The notes under the pieces are model-generated. The model had not been told where the DNA came from, searched no databases, and worked only from the letters and a program-made list of their open reading frames with translations. From a virus (taxonomy: Duplodnaviria; Caudoviricetes), in IMG/VR virus record IMGVR_UViG_3300049472_000168, positions 1 to 64,000 of that record: DNA of 64,000 bases. One strand, given 5' to 3'. Positions 47,556-57,240 of this stretch are shown in pieces (the first letter of the stretch is position 1; each line of letters opens with the position of its first letter). The position numbers and the translations under genes were made by a program.

Positions 47556-48521
47556 ATGTCTACACTAAATCGAAGCTCTCAGGTCATCATTTTTGATGAC
47601 TACCAGGTGTCCAACAATCCTCAGCTAAGAGTTGTCGATTGGAGACGAAAAATCGAATCAATTCCGGTATCTAACCCGAAAACGACGGTTCTTCAGATCG
47701 ATCCATCAGCAGAGGTCCAGGTATTTAATGGGACCAGGTCCATTACCTTAGACAATACGACTCAAATCGCGTTATCTCTGACGACTGTTGACCCTACTCG
47801 ATATCGATTGGCCTGGACCGGAACCGGAACGACCCCTGGATTCCGAACCTCTAGATCGGTATCATCCAGCGGTGGCAGCATCACAATTGTATTAAATGCA
47901 AATCAGACCGTGACTATTACCCACAGCGCCGGGGCGATTTTCGGCGCCGTCCAGGTCGGAGATACCTGCTATATCCCGGGTCCTTCAACGGGAGATGCTT
48001 CAGTTTTTAATCCCCTCAACGAGGGATACTGGAACGTATTGAGTGCTAGTTCTACGACTGTAGTCCTAAGTCGGGCATCGGGAGGTGTCTTTTCCGGTGC
48101 TTCTCAGGTTGTGGCAATTTCTAATAATTCACAATTCCAGGTCTTCTCCACTACTGGGGTCCAGGTCGGGGATGTCTTGGATATCTCTGCTGGCTTCAGC
48201 GTCTCCACCAGGGCTTCATATCGAGTCCTGGCGGTTACTGCGTCTCAGGTTGATATCATGTCAACCATCCCTCTAGGGGCCGAAACTGTACTTCCTGGGG
48301 CCACTGGAATCTCTATCTACAGCAGCGCGAAACGTTTCGTCTATGTCGAATCGGACCAAGCCGTTGCGGTTAAATTCAATGGCACCTCGGATGAATCGAA
48401 CCGGCTCGAACCCGTGGGCTCTACTCCTGGTGTTTTCGAGAAATGGGGAACAGCGTTTTCTCTATCGATTAAGAACAAGACTACATCGAGAGCCAGCGTG
48501 ATGGTCATCACGGCGGAATAA
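47556..48521 (+). CDS. Probable virion structural protein
   Basis: Ser/Thr/Gly-rich beta protein between terL and portal. Confidence 0.6.
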   Translation: MSTLNRSSQVIIFDDYQVSNNPQLRVVDWRRKIESIPVSNPKTTVLQIDPSAEVQVFNGTRSITLDNTTQIALSLTTVDPTRYRLAWTGTGTTPGFRTSRSVSSSGGSITIVLNANQTVTITHSAGAIFGAVQVGDTCYIPGPSTGDASVFNPLNEGYWNVLSASSTTVVLSRASGGVFSGASQVVAISNNSQFQVFSTTGVQVGDVLDISAGFSVSTRASYRVLAVTASQVDIMSTIPLGAETVLPGATGISIYSSAKRFVYVESDQAVAVKFNGTSDESNRLEPVGSTPGVFEKWGTAFSLSIKNKTTSRASVMVITAE

Positions 48522-48522
48522 C

Positions 48523-50595
48523 ATGGCACCCAGAAAAAAAGTTTCCAATATCACGTTTGGTCTTTCTGAGACCGAACAGCAATCCGCAGATCTAGCAAAA
48601 TCGGAAGCCGACCGAAGGTCTGGTTCCGAGGGGCCGACTCTGGTCAAGTCTATCGTTAACATCCTGAATGGGTCCCCGGATTCAATCGAGAGACTGGCCT
48701 TTGAGTCTAATCCGACTCTGAATAATAGGTACTCCGGTATCTACAGAACCAAGACCAGACTTGTTCCAGATGATGTCTGTAAACGAATTGCAATCCAGGA
48801 TTCCTTGGTTTCCAATATCGTTAGAGCCCGTCAGAACCACGTCTCTATGTTCGGGAGACCTCGTCCAAATCGATTTTCGACTGGATACGTAATTGAGCCA
48901 GAAGTAGGTATTCTTGACGACCTCGACGAGGCAGGGAAAAAGGAACTCAACGAGCAAATCGAAAGGGCTGTCAGGCTTCTGAATTTCTGCGGCCATACTG
49001 AAGGTCTGCCCGAACCTGACAGAGTTACTTTTGCTGAATACCTCAGCTTAAGTGCGAGGTCGGGTGTAGTCGTAGGTAGGTTAGCTACAGAAATTATTTA
49101 TGTCCAGGACCCAGCGGGAAATAAGAAATTCCACCACTTCGCCGCGACTGATGCTGGTACTATTTATAAGGCAACTACCGATACTCAGTCACAGGAGTCA
49201 GTACGACAGGAGGCCTTCAATCTGCTTGTCGAGGTCACTGGCAAAAAGAACCTGAAACGGGAGAGATTTGAAAAGAATGAGTACGCCTGGATCCAAGTAA
49301 TAGAAGGCACCCCTCGTCAGGTCTTTACCTCTGATGAGATGAAGGTCTACAACTTCTATGCGGTTCCTGATGTCGAGCTAGATGGATATCCGGTTACTCC
49401 TATTGATACCGTGATCACTGCGATCACAACCCATATCAATATTGTAACCCATAACAAGTTGTACTTTCAGAGCGGCAGAGCTGCCAAAGGTATGGTTGTC
49501 ATCAAGTCGGATGATGCCACACCTACGATGATCCACAACGTCAAGCAGCAGTTCAATAACTCGATTAATAGCGTCAACAATTCCCATAGGCTCCCAGTAT
49601 TTGGTTGCGGTGTTGATGAATCGGTGACGTGGCAACCTATTGATGGTGGCGGCTCCAAAGATATGGAGTTTCAGTACCTCACCGACATGAATGCTAGAGA
49701 AATTCTCACAGCATTCATGATGTCTCCGGATGAATTGCCTGGCTGGAGCTATCTCAGCAGAGGTACTAATTCTCAATCGCTGTCTGAATCGAACAACGAG
49801 TACAAGCTGACAGCCGCACGAGATGTCGGGCTCAAGCCACTAATCCTTGGGTTTGAAGACTTCATCAATACCCACCTGTTGCCTCTGATTGACCCCGACC
49901 TAGCCAAGAAGGCAAAGGTTCGTCTGGCAGGCCTCGATGCTGACAATGCAGAAAAAGAAGCCGTCAGAATCCAGCAAGACATGAATATCTGGGAGACCTA
50001 TGATGGTATCCTGGAACGAGTCGAGAAGAAGCCAATAGGCATCGAGTTTGGTGGCTCCATTCCTCTGAACCAGGCGATTAAATCGTACTGGGATCAGTAT
50101 TTCACTGTTGGCGAAATCCTGGAAAAATGGTGTGGTCGTCAGGGCGCATCAAAAGACCCCCAATTGGCCTATCGCAGAGATCCGTTTTGGTTCCAGTGGG
50201 TCCAGCTCCAGCAACAGGCCCAGCAGCTCCAGCAACAGGCCCAGATGCAGCAACAGCAAGCTGCCCAGGGTGGTCAGCCAGGCGGTGGACAAGGTCAATC
50301 GGACCAACCCAAAGAACAGACCGAAAATCAAAAATCCGCAGCAGTAGACGAGGCCTCAGCCAAAGGATCTACTCAGGGCCAAGGAGCATCCGAAGCCACA
50401 GACTTGGCTAGGTCCATCGATGTCGCCATGGAATATCTGACGAAATCAGAAGGCCAGTTGCCTCCGGAGAAACGCAGAATCCTAGCAAGACAAAGAAAGA
50501 CTGTAGACCACTTCATGAGGGGCTTCGTCGAAGACAGTAAAGAGACCATCGACGAAATCCTTTCCATTGCGCGTCACCACGCACCGAAGAAATAA
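48523..50595 (+). CDS. Portal protein
   Basis: GYPVTPID, N..YFQSG..KG, KDMEFQ..I..AF.MSP.ELP, GL.PL; position after terL. Confidence 0.88.
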   Translation: MAPRKKVSNITFGLSETEQQSADLAKSEADRRSGSEGPTLVKSIVNILNGSPDSIERLAFESNPTLNNRYSGIYRTKTRLVPDDVCKRIAIQDSLVSNIVRARQNHVSMFGRPRPNRFSTGYVIEPEVGILDDLDEAGKKELNEQIERAVRLLNFCGHTEGLPEPDRVTFAEYLSLSARSGVVVGRLATEIIYVQDPAGNKKFHHFAATDAGTIYKATTDTQSQESVRQEAFNLLVEVTGKKNLKRERFEKNEYAWIQVIEGTPRQVFTSDEMKVYNFYAVPDVELDGYPVTPIDTVITAITTHINIVTHNKLYFQSGRAAKGMVVIKSDDATPTMIHNVKQQFNNSINSVNNSHRLPVFGCGVDESVTWQPIDGGGSKDMEFQYLTDMNAREILTAFMMSPDELPGWSYLSRGTNSQSLSESNNEYKLTAARDVGLKPLILGFEDFINTHLLPLIDPDLAKKAKVRLAGLDADNAEKEAVRIQQDMNIWETYDGILERVEKKPIGIEFGGSIPLNQAIKSYWDQYFTVGEILEKWCGRQGASKDPQLAYRRDPFWFQWVQLQQQAQQLQQQAQMQQQQAAQGGQPGGGQGQSDQPKEQTENQKSAAVDEASAKGSTQGQGASEATDLARSIDVAMEYLTKSEGQLPPEKRRILARQRKTVDHFMRGFVEDSKETIDEILSIARHHAPKK

Positions 50596-51387
50596 ATGCC
50601 AGCCCATGCCTTAGGAGCCAGAGCTGTCTCCAAAATTCATGCCGCAGTTGAAGCCCTCTTCGACAGGGCCAAGGCCAGATTCCTAGGGAGAAGGCCTCCG
50701 AAGGAAATCAGGATAGGCATCAGGACTCCTCCAGTAGGTGTCAGAGATGACTTGACCCTAGGCGGAGTCTTTGACCACAGCGCCCAATCCGAAGGCTTCA
50801 AGCCATCGGAGAATCTCAGGGAATCCCTGAACCGAGTCGCTTCCGGATATCTCGATGCCCATAAAGAACTAGCCAAAGTCAAGGCAGTCAATGCCGTGCA
50901 TAACTGGTTACAGGAAGCCGCCGCGAAGAAGACCAAAACAGATGTCGATACCGTCCTAGGTGGCGAACTCACAGACCTGATGAGAGAGGTTACGGCTAAT
51001 GTCAAGAAAATCGCAGAAGCCGAAACGAATCGAGCCAAGAATTCCGGGACCATCGACGGCATCGCTAAGATCGCAGCGGTTACGGGGCAGGACGATCCGC
51101 TGGTCTACTTCGTAATCGTCAGAGACGGCCACGTCTGTGATGAATGCCTAAGACTCCATCAAGTAACTGGGACTATTTCGGGACCACCGAAGGTCTACAA
51201 ACTATCCGAAGTCGGCCACGGCTATCACAAAAAAGGCCAAGAAAATCCGAAGGTTACCGGACTTCATCCTCATTGTAGGTGTAGTCTTGTCTACATCGGC
51301 AAAGGCTTCGGATTTAATGACGAAGGAAAGCTGACCTATATCTCAAATGACCACGACGAGTGGTCGGCTCAGAGAGATCAAGGATAA
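50596..51387 (+). CDS. Head morphogenesis (MuF/SPP1 gp7-like) protein
   Basis: IA.AE.NRA.N.G, C..C..LH, LHPHCRC. Confidence 0.8.
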   Translation: MPAHALGARAVSKIHAAVEALFDRAKARFLGRRPPKEIRIGIRTPPVGVRDDLTLGGVFDHSAQSEGFKPSENLRESLNRVASGYLDAHKELAKVKAVNAVHNWLQEAAAKKTKTDVDTVLGGELTDLMREVTANVKKIAEAETNRAKNSGTIDGIAKIAAVTGQDDPLVYFVIVRDGHVCDECLRLHQVTGTISGPPKVYKLSEVGHGYHKKGQENPKVTGLHPHCRCSLVYIGKGFGFNDEGKLTYISNDHDEWSAQRDQG

Positions 51388-51707
51388 AGAGTTGGGCGGG
51401 TCAGGATCGCTAGTCCTTGTCTGGTCCTAGCCAGACCTACGTCCAGGCCAAACAACTCCTCCTGTTCGTGTAGCTTCCGCATTTCTTGCTCTAGAAAAAA
51501 ACCTTCTAACTTCCTCGTAATTCCATATCTCGGATACCATCCAAGCATGTCCTTTACCTCATCAAATTGAGGTAACTGATTGAATAATTCATCGTCTAGG
51601 AGAAAATCTTTGACTTCGTCAAGGCTCCACGGAACGTAGGGGCGATTCCTCTCCACAGCCGCCGCCATCGCCATTTTGTTATTAAAACTATGTCTCCAGT
51701 TCGTCAT
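51378..51707 (-). CDS. Hypothetical, opposite-strand insertion with own promoter
   Basis: TTGACT-17-TATCAT at 51742-51714 just upstream. Confidence 0.6.
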   Translation of the reverse strand: MTNWRHSFNNKMAMAAAVERNRPYVPWSLDEVKDFLLDDELFNQLPQFDEVKDMLGWYPRYGITRKLEGFFLEQEMRKLHEQEELFGLDVGLARTRQGLAILTRPTLYP

Positions 51708-51760
51708 TTCGATATGATATCTGGGTTCCTTCTACGAGTCAAGGCCCAATCTTTGGGGTA

Positions 51761-52327
51761 ATGGGTATTATTTATGGGTTATTGGACCCCCGGACCAAGG
51801 AACTCCGATATGTAGGGAAGACAGAAGGAACTCTCAAAAAGAGACTCCGGGAACATCTTTCTAGGGCCCGACATGGGTCTAGGAGGGGTCACGTTTATGC
51901 GTGGCTTCGGGCTATCGATCTGAATCCACTTACAGAGATTTTAGAAGAAAATCTGAGCGGAGGAGATCTTGATGACGCCGAAAAATTTTGGATTTCATCC
52001 GCCCTTTCTTCTGGAGCCAAGCTGGTCAACCACACCTTTGGAGGAGAGGGTTGCAAGGGATATAAACACACTGAAGAGACAAGAAAAAAGATGTCCGGAA
52101 GCAAGGCAGGTAAGTTGAGAGGACCTAGATATGATATTCGTAAATTGACTGACAGTGAGGTCCAAAAAGTGGTCTCTTTGTATTCCGAAGGAAAAAGCAG
52201 CAGGGCAATAGCGGAGATTTTAGGCAATTTTAGCCAAACTGGAATCAGAAAAGTTCTCGCCAGAGAAGGAGTTCAGCTCCGTAAGGCAGTTGTCGGACGG
52301 TGGTTAACTGAGAAGGGGTCGAAATAA
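51761..52327 (+). CDS. GIY-YIG homing endonuclease with NUMOD3 and HTH
   Basis: IIYGL.DP..RYVGKT, R..EH, E..WI, N.T.GGEG..G.KHTEETRKKMS. Confidence 0.85.
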   Translation: MGIIYGLLDPRTKELRYVGKTEGTLKKRLREHLSRARHGSRRGHVYAWLRAIDLNPLTEILEENLSGGDLDDAEKFWISSALSSGAKLVNHTFGGEGCKGYKHTEETRKKMSGSKAGKLRGPRYDIRKLTDSEVQKVVSLYSEGKSSRAIAEILGNFSQTGIRKVLAREGVQLRKAVVGRWLTEKGSK

Positions 52328-55300
52328 TGGATATTAAAAGCATTAAATCCAGGACCGGAATGATAATCGACGGTGTTGCTGCGTCGCAGTGTATTGATAG
52401 TTCTGGAGAAATCCTAGATATCGAAGGAGTAGACTGCGCTCAAATGGAGGAGGCGGGCGGAATTCTCTTGAACTGGGAACACAAGGACGGGAGCGAAGGT
52501 GCCGATACCATTGTAGGTAAGGTGACTTATCTCAAGAAGATTCTGTCGGCTTCGGACTGTGAAAACGACCGTCAGCGGATGTACTGGGATAAGATAAAGC
52601 AAAATCCGTTTATTTACGTTACCTGTAGGCTGTTTGATGGTAGCGGTCATAAGAAGGCTGAAGCTATTGCAGCTATCATCAGAGACAATGTAGCCCACGA
52701 TGAGCCTCTGGCTTGTAGATTTTCCATTGAAGGTTCTACCACCTCTAAGGAGGGAAACACCTTAAAGGCCTCTATTTTCAAGAGACTCGCCATAACACTT
52801 GCTCCTTGTAATAAGACCGCAATATCTGGCCTTCTGAAGGACAATGCTATTGATACTCAAAAAAGTGAAGACCAGTTTGTCAACCCCGAATTCCGTCGTC
52901 TTGGCGGCTCAGTAGAACTGAATTACAATCCCGTTGTTGATTCTCAGACGGAGGCCTCGCTGCGTCTGATTTCGGCGGCAACTGCGATCAGGACTCTGAG
53001 GAAAGCAATATCCCCGATTAAAGATAAAGTCAAGTGTCCAAGTTGTGAGGATGGGGAGTCTTTCCACTATGTGTCTAGAATTGGGTTTGATGCCAAGAAA
53101 GGATACACACCTCCTAAGAAGCCTCTGTATATGTGTGATTCTTGTGGAGACATCCACGAAGATCCCGACATCAAAAAGGCTATCGAAGCCGGTAGTCTTG
53201 ACGGTGCCCCAAGCTCTAGGACCCAGGGAGCCGCGCTCCAACGTGAGGATGCGAGAAATACAGCTAAAGCCGTTCTCAGGGACTATGGTTGGGGACGGAA
53301 TTTTAAGAGGTCTGAATTCAGGGCGTTCTCCAAAGCCAAGCTACCAGAGATGTCTGATGACTTCCTGGACCACTTCACAGATATCGCAGAATCCTATGCG
53401 GTGAAGAAGGCTCTGCAAAAGGCTTCTTCTTTGATCAAAAAGGATACCTCTGAGGTAGAATCTGTCCAGGCTCCAGAGGCTGTCCCTGTAGAAGCCAAAC
53501 CGAAGTCTCCTAAACCTGCTGGTACCTTCAGAGGTAAAAAACTGAAGCCTAATGAAGGCCTGATATCTTCTAGCTTCGACGAAAAGAAGGGTGTCCTGAG
53601 AACCCCTATAGGGAATTTTAAGGCCTATCTCCCGAGTCATGACGGTCCCGAGGCTGCTGAGAACTACCAGAAGATCTTGAGCCATCCCGATATCGAGGAT
53701 GCCATGGATCACGCCATGACGAACTGGAGCAAGGTCCACAAGCTGACCAAGGCCGGAAAGCTGCCTCCGGAAGTCTTGATGCACGCCGTTCTTTTTGCTC
53801 AGCTTAGTCCAAACAAGCCGGTTCCAACTCAAGAGATCCAATACGCCAGACTCGTCGATGCCATGAACCAGTCTGGATTGGACCCGAGAAAGCCCGGATT
53901 CGAGGCAATCCTCCCCCACATCAAAGCCCTGGATTCCGCAACGGTTCCTCCTGTTACTGGAGGCCAAACCATTGCAACCCATCCGGCGTATAGACAGAGA
54001 AATGACTCAGATGTTACAGGTCGTAAGGCCGGAGATCTTCTGTCTACCAGTCCTTTGCTATCCGATGGCGTCAAAAATATGTCGCAATACTACAAGCTCC
54101 ATGACGGCCTACTAGATGTGATGTCGAGGCATCGTCACAACATGATGGGCGCCGTTTCCGAACTGATGGATGCCAAAACGGCCAAAACCAATTTTGACAA
54201 CGTCAATAGAGCAAGAGCCAAAGCAGGACTTCCTCCGAAGGAAGGCAACCCTGTATCGATTCCCGGAATCAAAGTCGAAACAGGCCTCTACACCTGGGGT
54301 ATGTTGGGCGGCGGAAATTCAGTAGTCCCAGACACACATTTTATCAGGAATGCCTTCGGTCTCGATATGCATAAGGATTCCGATACCTTATCTAGATTGA
54401 AAGATATCATGTGGTCCCCGACCAACATGCAGAGCATTATGGGTCCGTATAATCGCTGGTACCAGAAGAATCATCCCGCGATGAAATATACCCTGGAGCA
54501 TCCGAAGTGGGGCTCCATCTTCGAGAAACCCGAGGATGCCACGTTCCCGGCATTCTGGCGTCATTGGTTGACAATCAGGCCTCATGAAAAGTTCTTGGGG
54601 ATGCCAAATCTTGCCATGCAGGAAGGTACCAACCATGCTCCGTTCTGGGAGTCGATTGCACCTATGTTAAATAAGGCAGACATCCATGATTCCACAGTCC
54701 CCTACAGGACAGCCATGGTCCATCAGCAATATGTCAAGGATTTTGGTGAGATCCCTGCAATGTTTCTCTACTACCACCACTTGGTTCCTCATCTTCTCGA
54801 TGCCGCCAGACATCGGGAATCGACAGGGCGAGACCTCCAGTTCCTGGCTAAGTCTAGACAGATTGAAGCCGAATTAATTGAACTAAGAAAGACTGTAGAT
54901 TCAGTCATTTCAGGTTATGCCTTCGAGCCTCCAGAGGTCCACGAAGTCAATCTCAGTATCGGTGGACGCCGTCACCCTGCGGGTCGTTTCATGATTCATA
55001 ACGGCAGACTCCATCACCTGGAGGACTACCACGGCGTCCTGGATGCAATGATTCCTGAGGGCGATGTCGATACCACTACGATCAGCAGATTGCATGGTAT
55101 TAAATGGAGTCCTAACTTCAGGGTCCAGAGACACTACCACGAGGATCCAGCAGAACCCGAACAGATTCCAGTTGAGGTCAAACCGCAACCACTGCCTCAG
55201 AGGCCCCCTGTATTTGAATACCACAGACCAGGGATGGCTAGACCTCATACCGTTGAGTTCAGCAACGGCAAGGCAGCTTTGGATGGCAGAGAACTGTCCG

Positions 55301-56049
55301 ATGCCGAGACCAAACTGCTCCTCAGCAATGCTGATAAAGGTCTCGCTACTCTTCGATATAAGTCGCAGCCTACACCTCTCAATAAGACAGAAGAAGACCT
55401 AGATCCAGAAGGTGCTCTACAACATATCCGAAATGCTGTAGCTGCCGGTCATATCCATCCCGATGTCGAAAGGGCTCTGACCCGTCACATCTACGAAGAC
55501 AAAATGACTCCCGGATTAGGCAATAAATATGCTTATCAGCAATTCAGAGCCAAGAATAAGCCAGGAGTCTACATCAGTGCAGATAGCAACGACTTCAAGG
55601 CAATTAATGATACCTATGGTCACGATGCCGGAGACCAAGCCATCATGGGTGTCGGTAACGCTCTTAGATCTGCTGCCGAAAAGGTAGGTACCGTGAAACT
55701 CTTCAGGCCGGGAGGCGACGAATTCGTAATTCATGCCCCTAGTTATGAAGAGGCCTCAAAATTCATGAGACATGCCACGAAGCATCTGGACCAGGTTCCC
55801 GCTGTTGGTGGTGTCCATAAACACTCGATGAGTTTCGGTCTAGGCAACGACTTCGCCACTGCTGATAAGGCCCTGTATCATGCCAAGGAACAGAAGAAAG
55901 ATCCTACCACTGGTGGTAGAATGTTTCCCGTAGGAAAGACCCCACACATGGCCCATTCCTTGGTTCCTGATAACGCAGGAGCTATCAAGCTCCACGACGA
56001 GTCGCCTCCGGTTCAGACCCTACCTAAGCAGGCAGCGGCTCCGGTTTAG
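52327..56049 (+). CDS. Prohead protease polyprotein with Zn-ribbon, HhH-GPD-like and GGDEF domains
   Basis: N-terminal G.A..D..GE..NWEH..FSIEG; CPSC/CDSC; PGI..T..PDTHF.R; C-terminal DSNDFKAINDTYGHDAGD..RPGGDEF..ADKALYHAK. Confidence 0.85.
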   Translation: MDIKSIKSRTGMIIDGVAASQCIDSSGEILDIEGVDCAQMEEAGGILLNWEHKDGSEGADTIVGKVTYLKKILSASDCENDRQRMYWDKIKQNPFIYVTCRLFDGSGHKKAEAIAAIIRDNVAHDEPLACRFSIEGSTTSKEGNTLKASIFKRLAITLAPCNKTAISGLLKDNAIDTQKSEDQFVNPEFRRLGGSVELNYNPVVDSQTEASLRLISAATAIRTLRKAISPIKDKVKCPSCEDGESFHYVSRIGFDAKKGYTPPKKPLYMCDSCGDIHEDPDIKKAIEAGSLDGAPSSRTQGAALQREDARNTAKAVLRDYGWGRNFKRSEFRAFSKAKLPEMSDDFLDHFTDIAESYAVKKALQKASSLIKKDTSEVESVQAPEAVPVEAKPKSPKPAGTFRGKKLKPNEGLISSSFDEKKGVLRTPIGNFKAYLPSHDGPEAAENYQKILSHPDIEDAMDHAMTNWSKVHKLTKAGKLPPEVLMHAVLFAQLSPNKPVPTQEIQYARLVDAMNQSGLDPRKPGFEAILPHIKALDSATVPPVTGGQTIATHPAYRQRNDSDVTGRKAGDLLSTSPLLSDGVKNMSQYYKLHDGLLDVMSRHRHNMMGAVSELMDAKTAKTNFDNVNRARAKAGLPPKEGNPVSIPGIKVETGLYTWGMLGGGNSVVPDTHFIRNAFGLDMHKDSDTLSRLKDIMWSPTNMQSIMGPYNRWYQKNHPAMKYTLEHPKWGSIFEKPEDATFPAFWRHWLTIRPHEKFLGMPNLAMQEGTNHAPFWESIAPMLNKADIHDSTVPYRTAMVHQQYVKDFGEIPAMFLYYHHLVPHLLDAARHRESTGRDLQFLAKSRQIEAELIELRKTVDSVISGYAFEPPEVHEVNLSIGGRRHPAGRFMIHNGRLHHLEDYHGVLDAMIPEGDVDTTTISRLHGIKWSPNFRVQRHYHEDPAEPEQIPVEVKPQPLPQRPPVFEYHRPGMARPHTVEFSNGKAALDGRELSDAETKLLLSNADKGLATLRYKSQPTPLNKTEEDLDPEGALQHIRNAVAAGHIHPDVERALTRHIYEDKMTPGLGNKYAYQQFRAKNKPGVYISADSNDFKAINDTYGHDAGDQAIMGVGNALRSAAEKVGTVKLFRPGGDEFVIHAPSYEEASKFMRHATKHLDQVPAVGGVHKHSMSFGLGNDFATADKALYHAKEQKKDPTTGGRMFPVGKTPHMAHSLVPDNAGAIKLHDESPPVQTLPKQAAAPV

Positions 56050-56321
56050 ATATCATAGATCTGATCATCCATCAAAATCTGGGAGAATTTATCTTCCAGA
56101 AATCCAATTAGTTTCTCTCCATCTCCTCCAAGTTTTTCGAGGAGGTCTGAAATCTGTCGGTCTGTGTATCCATGCTTTCGAGCAGGTCTGAAGAGTTCCT
56201 GTCTAACATTATTCAATGCAGACACATAGCTAGCTGCATTGCAACAGGCTTTGAATTCTTCGTTTTCTTCAGGCAGGTTGAATTCTAGTGTAACTTTAGG
56301 CATTTGGTCCCCTTTTGGCAA
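56046..56321 (-). CDS. Hypothetical protein
   Basis: LEFNLPEE motif; opposite-strand insertion. Confidence 0.55.
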   Translation of the reverse strand: MPKGDQMPKVTLEFNLPEENEEFKACCNAASYVSALNNVRQELFRPARKHGYTDRQISDLLEKLGGDGEKLIGFLEDKFSQILMDDQIYDI

Positions 56322-56641
56322 TTTTTACAGGTCCTAGACCTGCCATAAAATTTGAGGTAGAGAGGCAGGACCTCTCCGCATTTCAAGCATTGTCGCAGTC
56401 CGCTGGCCTCATTACAGGCCTTGCAGCTCAGGTTAACATCTAGCTCCCTAGATTTCAAGCAGCAGGCGCATTTAGTCAAATATTTTGATTCGTAGTAGGC
56501 CTCAGATCTACAGGCTTTACATCTAGAGGTTACAGGTCTGGTCCTGTCCTGTCCTCTGAACTCGTGAAATCTAGATCTAGGCAGTACTGATCCACATCCT
56601 GCACATTTGTAGTCATCCATATCTACAAGATTGTTGGTCAT
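56285..56641 (-). CDS. Cys-rich multi-Zn-finger protein
   Basis: Repeated CxxC..F..CKxC. Confidence 0.55.
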   Translation of the reverse strand: MTNNLVDMDDYKCAGCGSVLPRSRFHEFRGQDRTRPVTSRCKACRSEAYYESKYLTKCACCLKSRELDVNLSCKACNEASGLRQCLKCGEVLPLYLKFYGRSRTCKNCQKGTKCLKLH

Positions 56642-56733
56642 TTTTTGTCTCGAATTAATAACAATCTCTTGTATTAACCAAAAAAGCTCTAAACGTTGGG
56701 GCTTTTTGAATTTAACTCAAGGAGATTTTAGAT

Positions 56734-57210
56734 ATGGCTACTACTTACAAAGCTATCGCCGCAATGCGTGAGCTGGTCGATTCGATCAAACTTCAGGTTG
56801 CTGCTACGTTGCCTGTTGTCGTTGAATCCAATGATGCAAACGGCCACCCCGTTGTGACGCTGAGCGCAGATGCGACGCCTATTGCTGGTGAAAAGGTCAT
56901 TGTTATCCGTATGAAGCCGATTGGCGCCATCGGTGCTCAGAACATCATCGGTCAGACTGCGGAACAGTTCAGCCATCATGTTATCCAGGTCTGCACGGAA
57001 AAGAACTTTGAAGGTGCCACGGATAACGTCAATGATATCCTTAGCCCAGCGGAATTGCTCCCGGTCCTGATTGAGTGTGGCCGTCGTGGTTCGTTCGTTG
57101 AGTGGTACCGTACGGCTAACACCACGGTTCCTTCGACCTCGGCCATGGTTGAAGCAAATCTGGCCTCGACATGGCGTAACCTCTACTGGAACGTTTTGGC
57201 TGCTGGCTAA
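56734..57210 (+). CDS. Head structural protein (decoration-like)
   Basis: AAGGAG RBS; upstream of scaffold and capsid; codon bias like the capsid gene. Confidence 0.6.
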   Translation: MATTYKAIAAMRELVDSIKLQVAATLPVVVESNDANGHPVVTLSADATPIAGEKVIVIRMKPIGAIGAQNIIGQTAEQFSHHVIQVCTEKNFEGATDNVNDILSPAELLPVLIECGRRGSFVEWYRTANTTVPSTSAMVEANLASTWRNLYWNVLAAG

Positions 57211-57240
57211 TTTTTGACCCAATTGACTTAGGAGGTCAAA

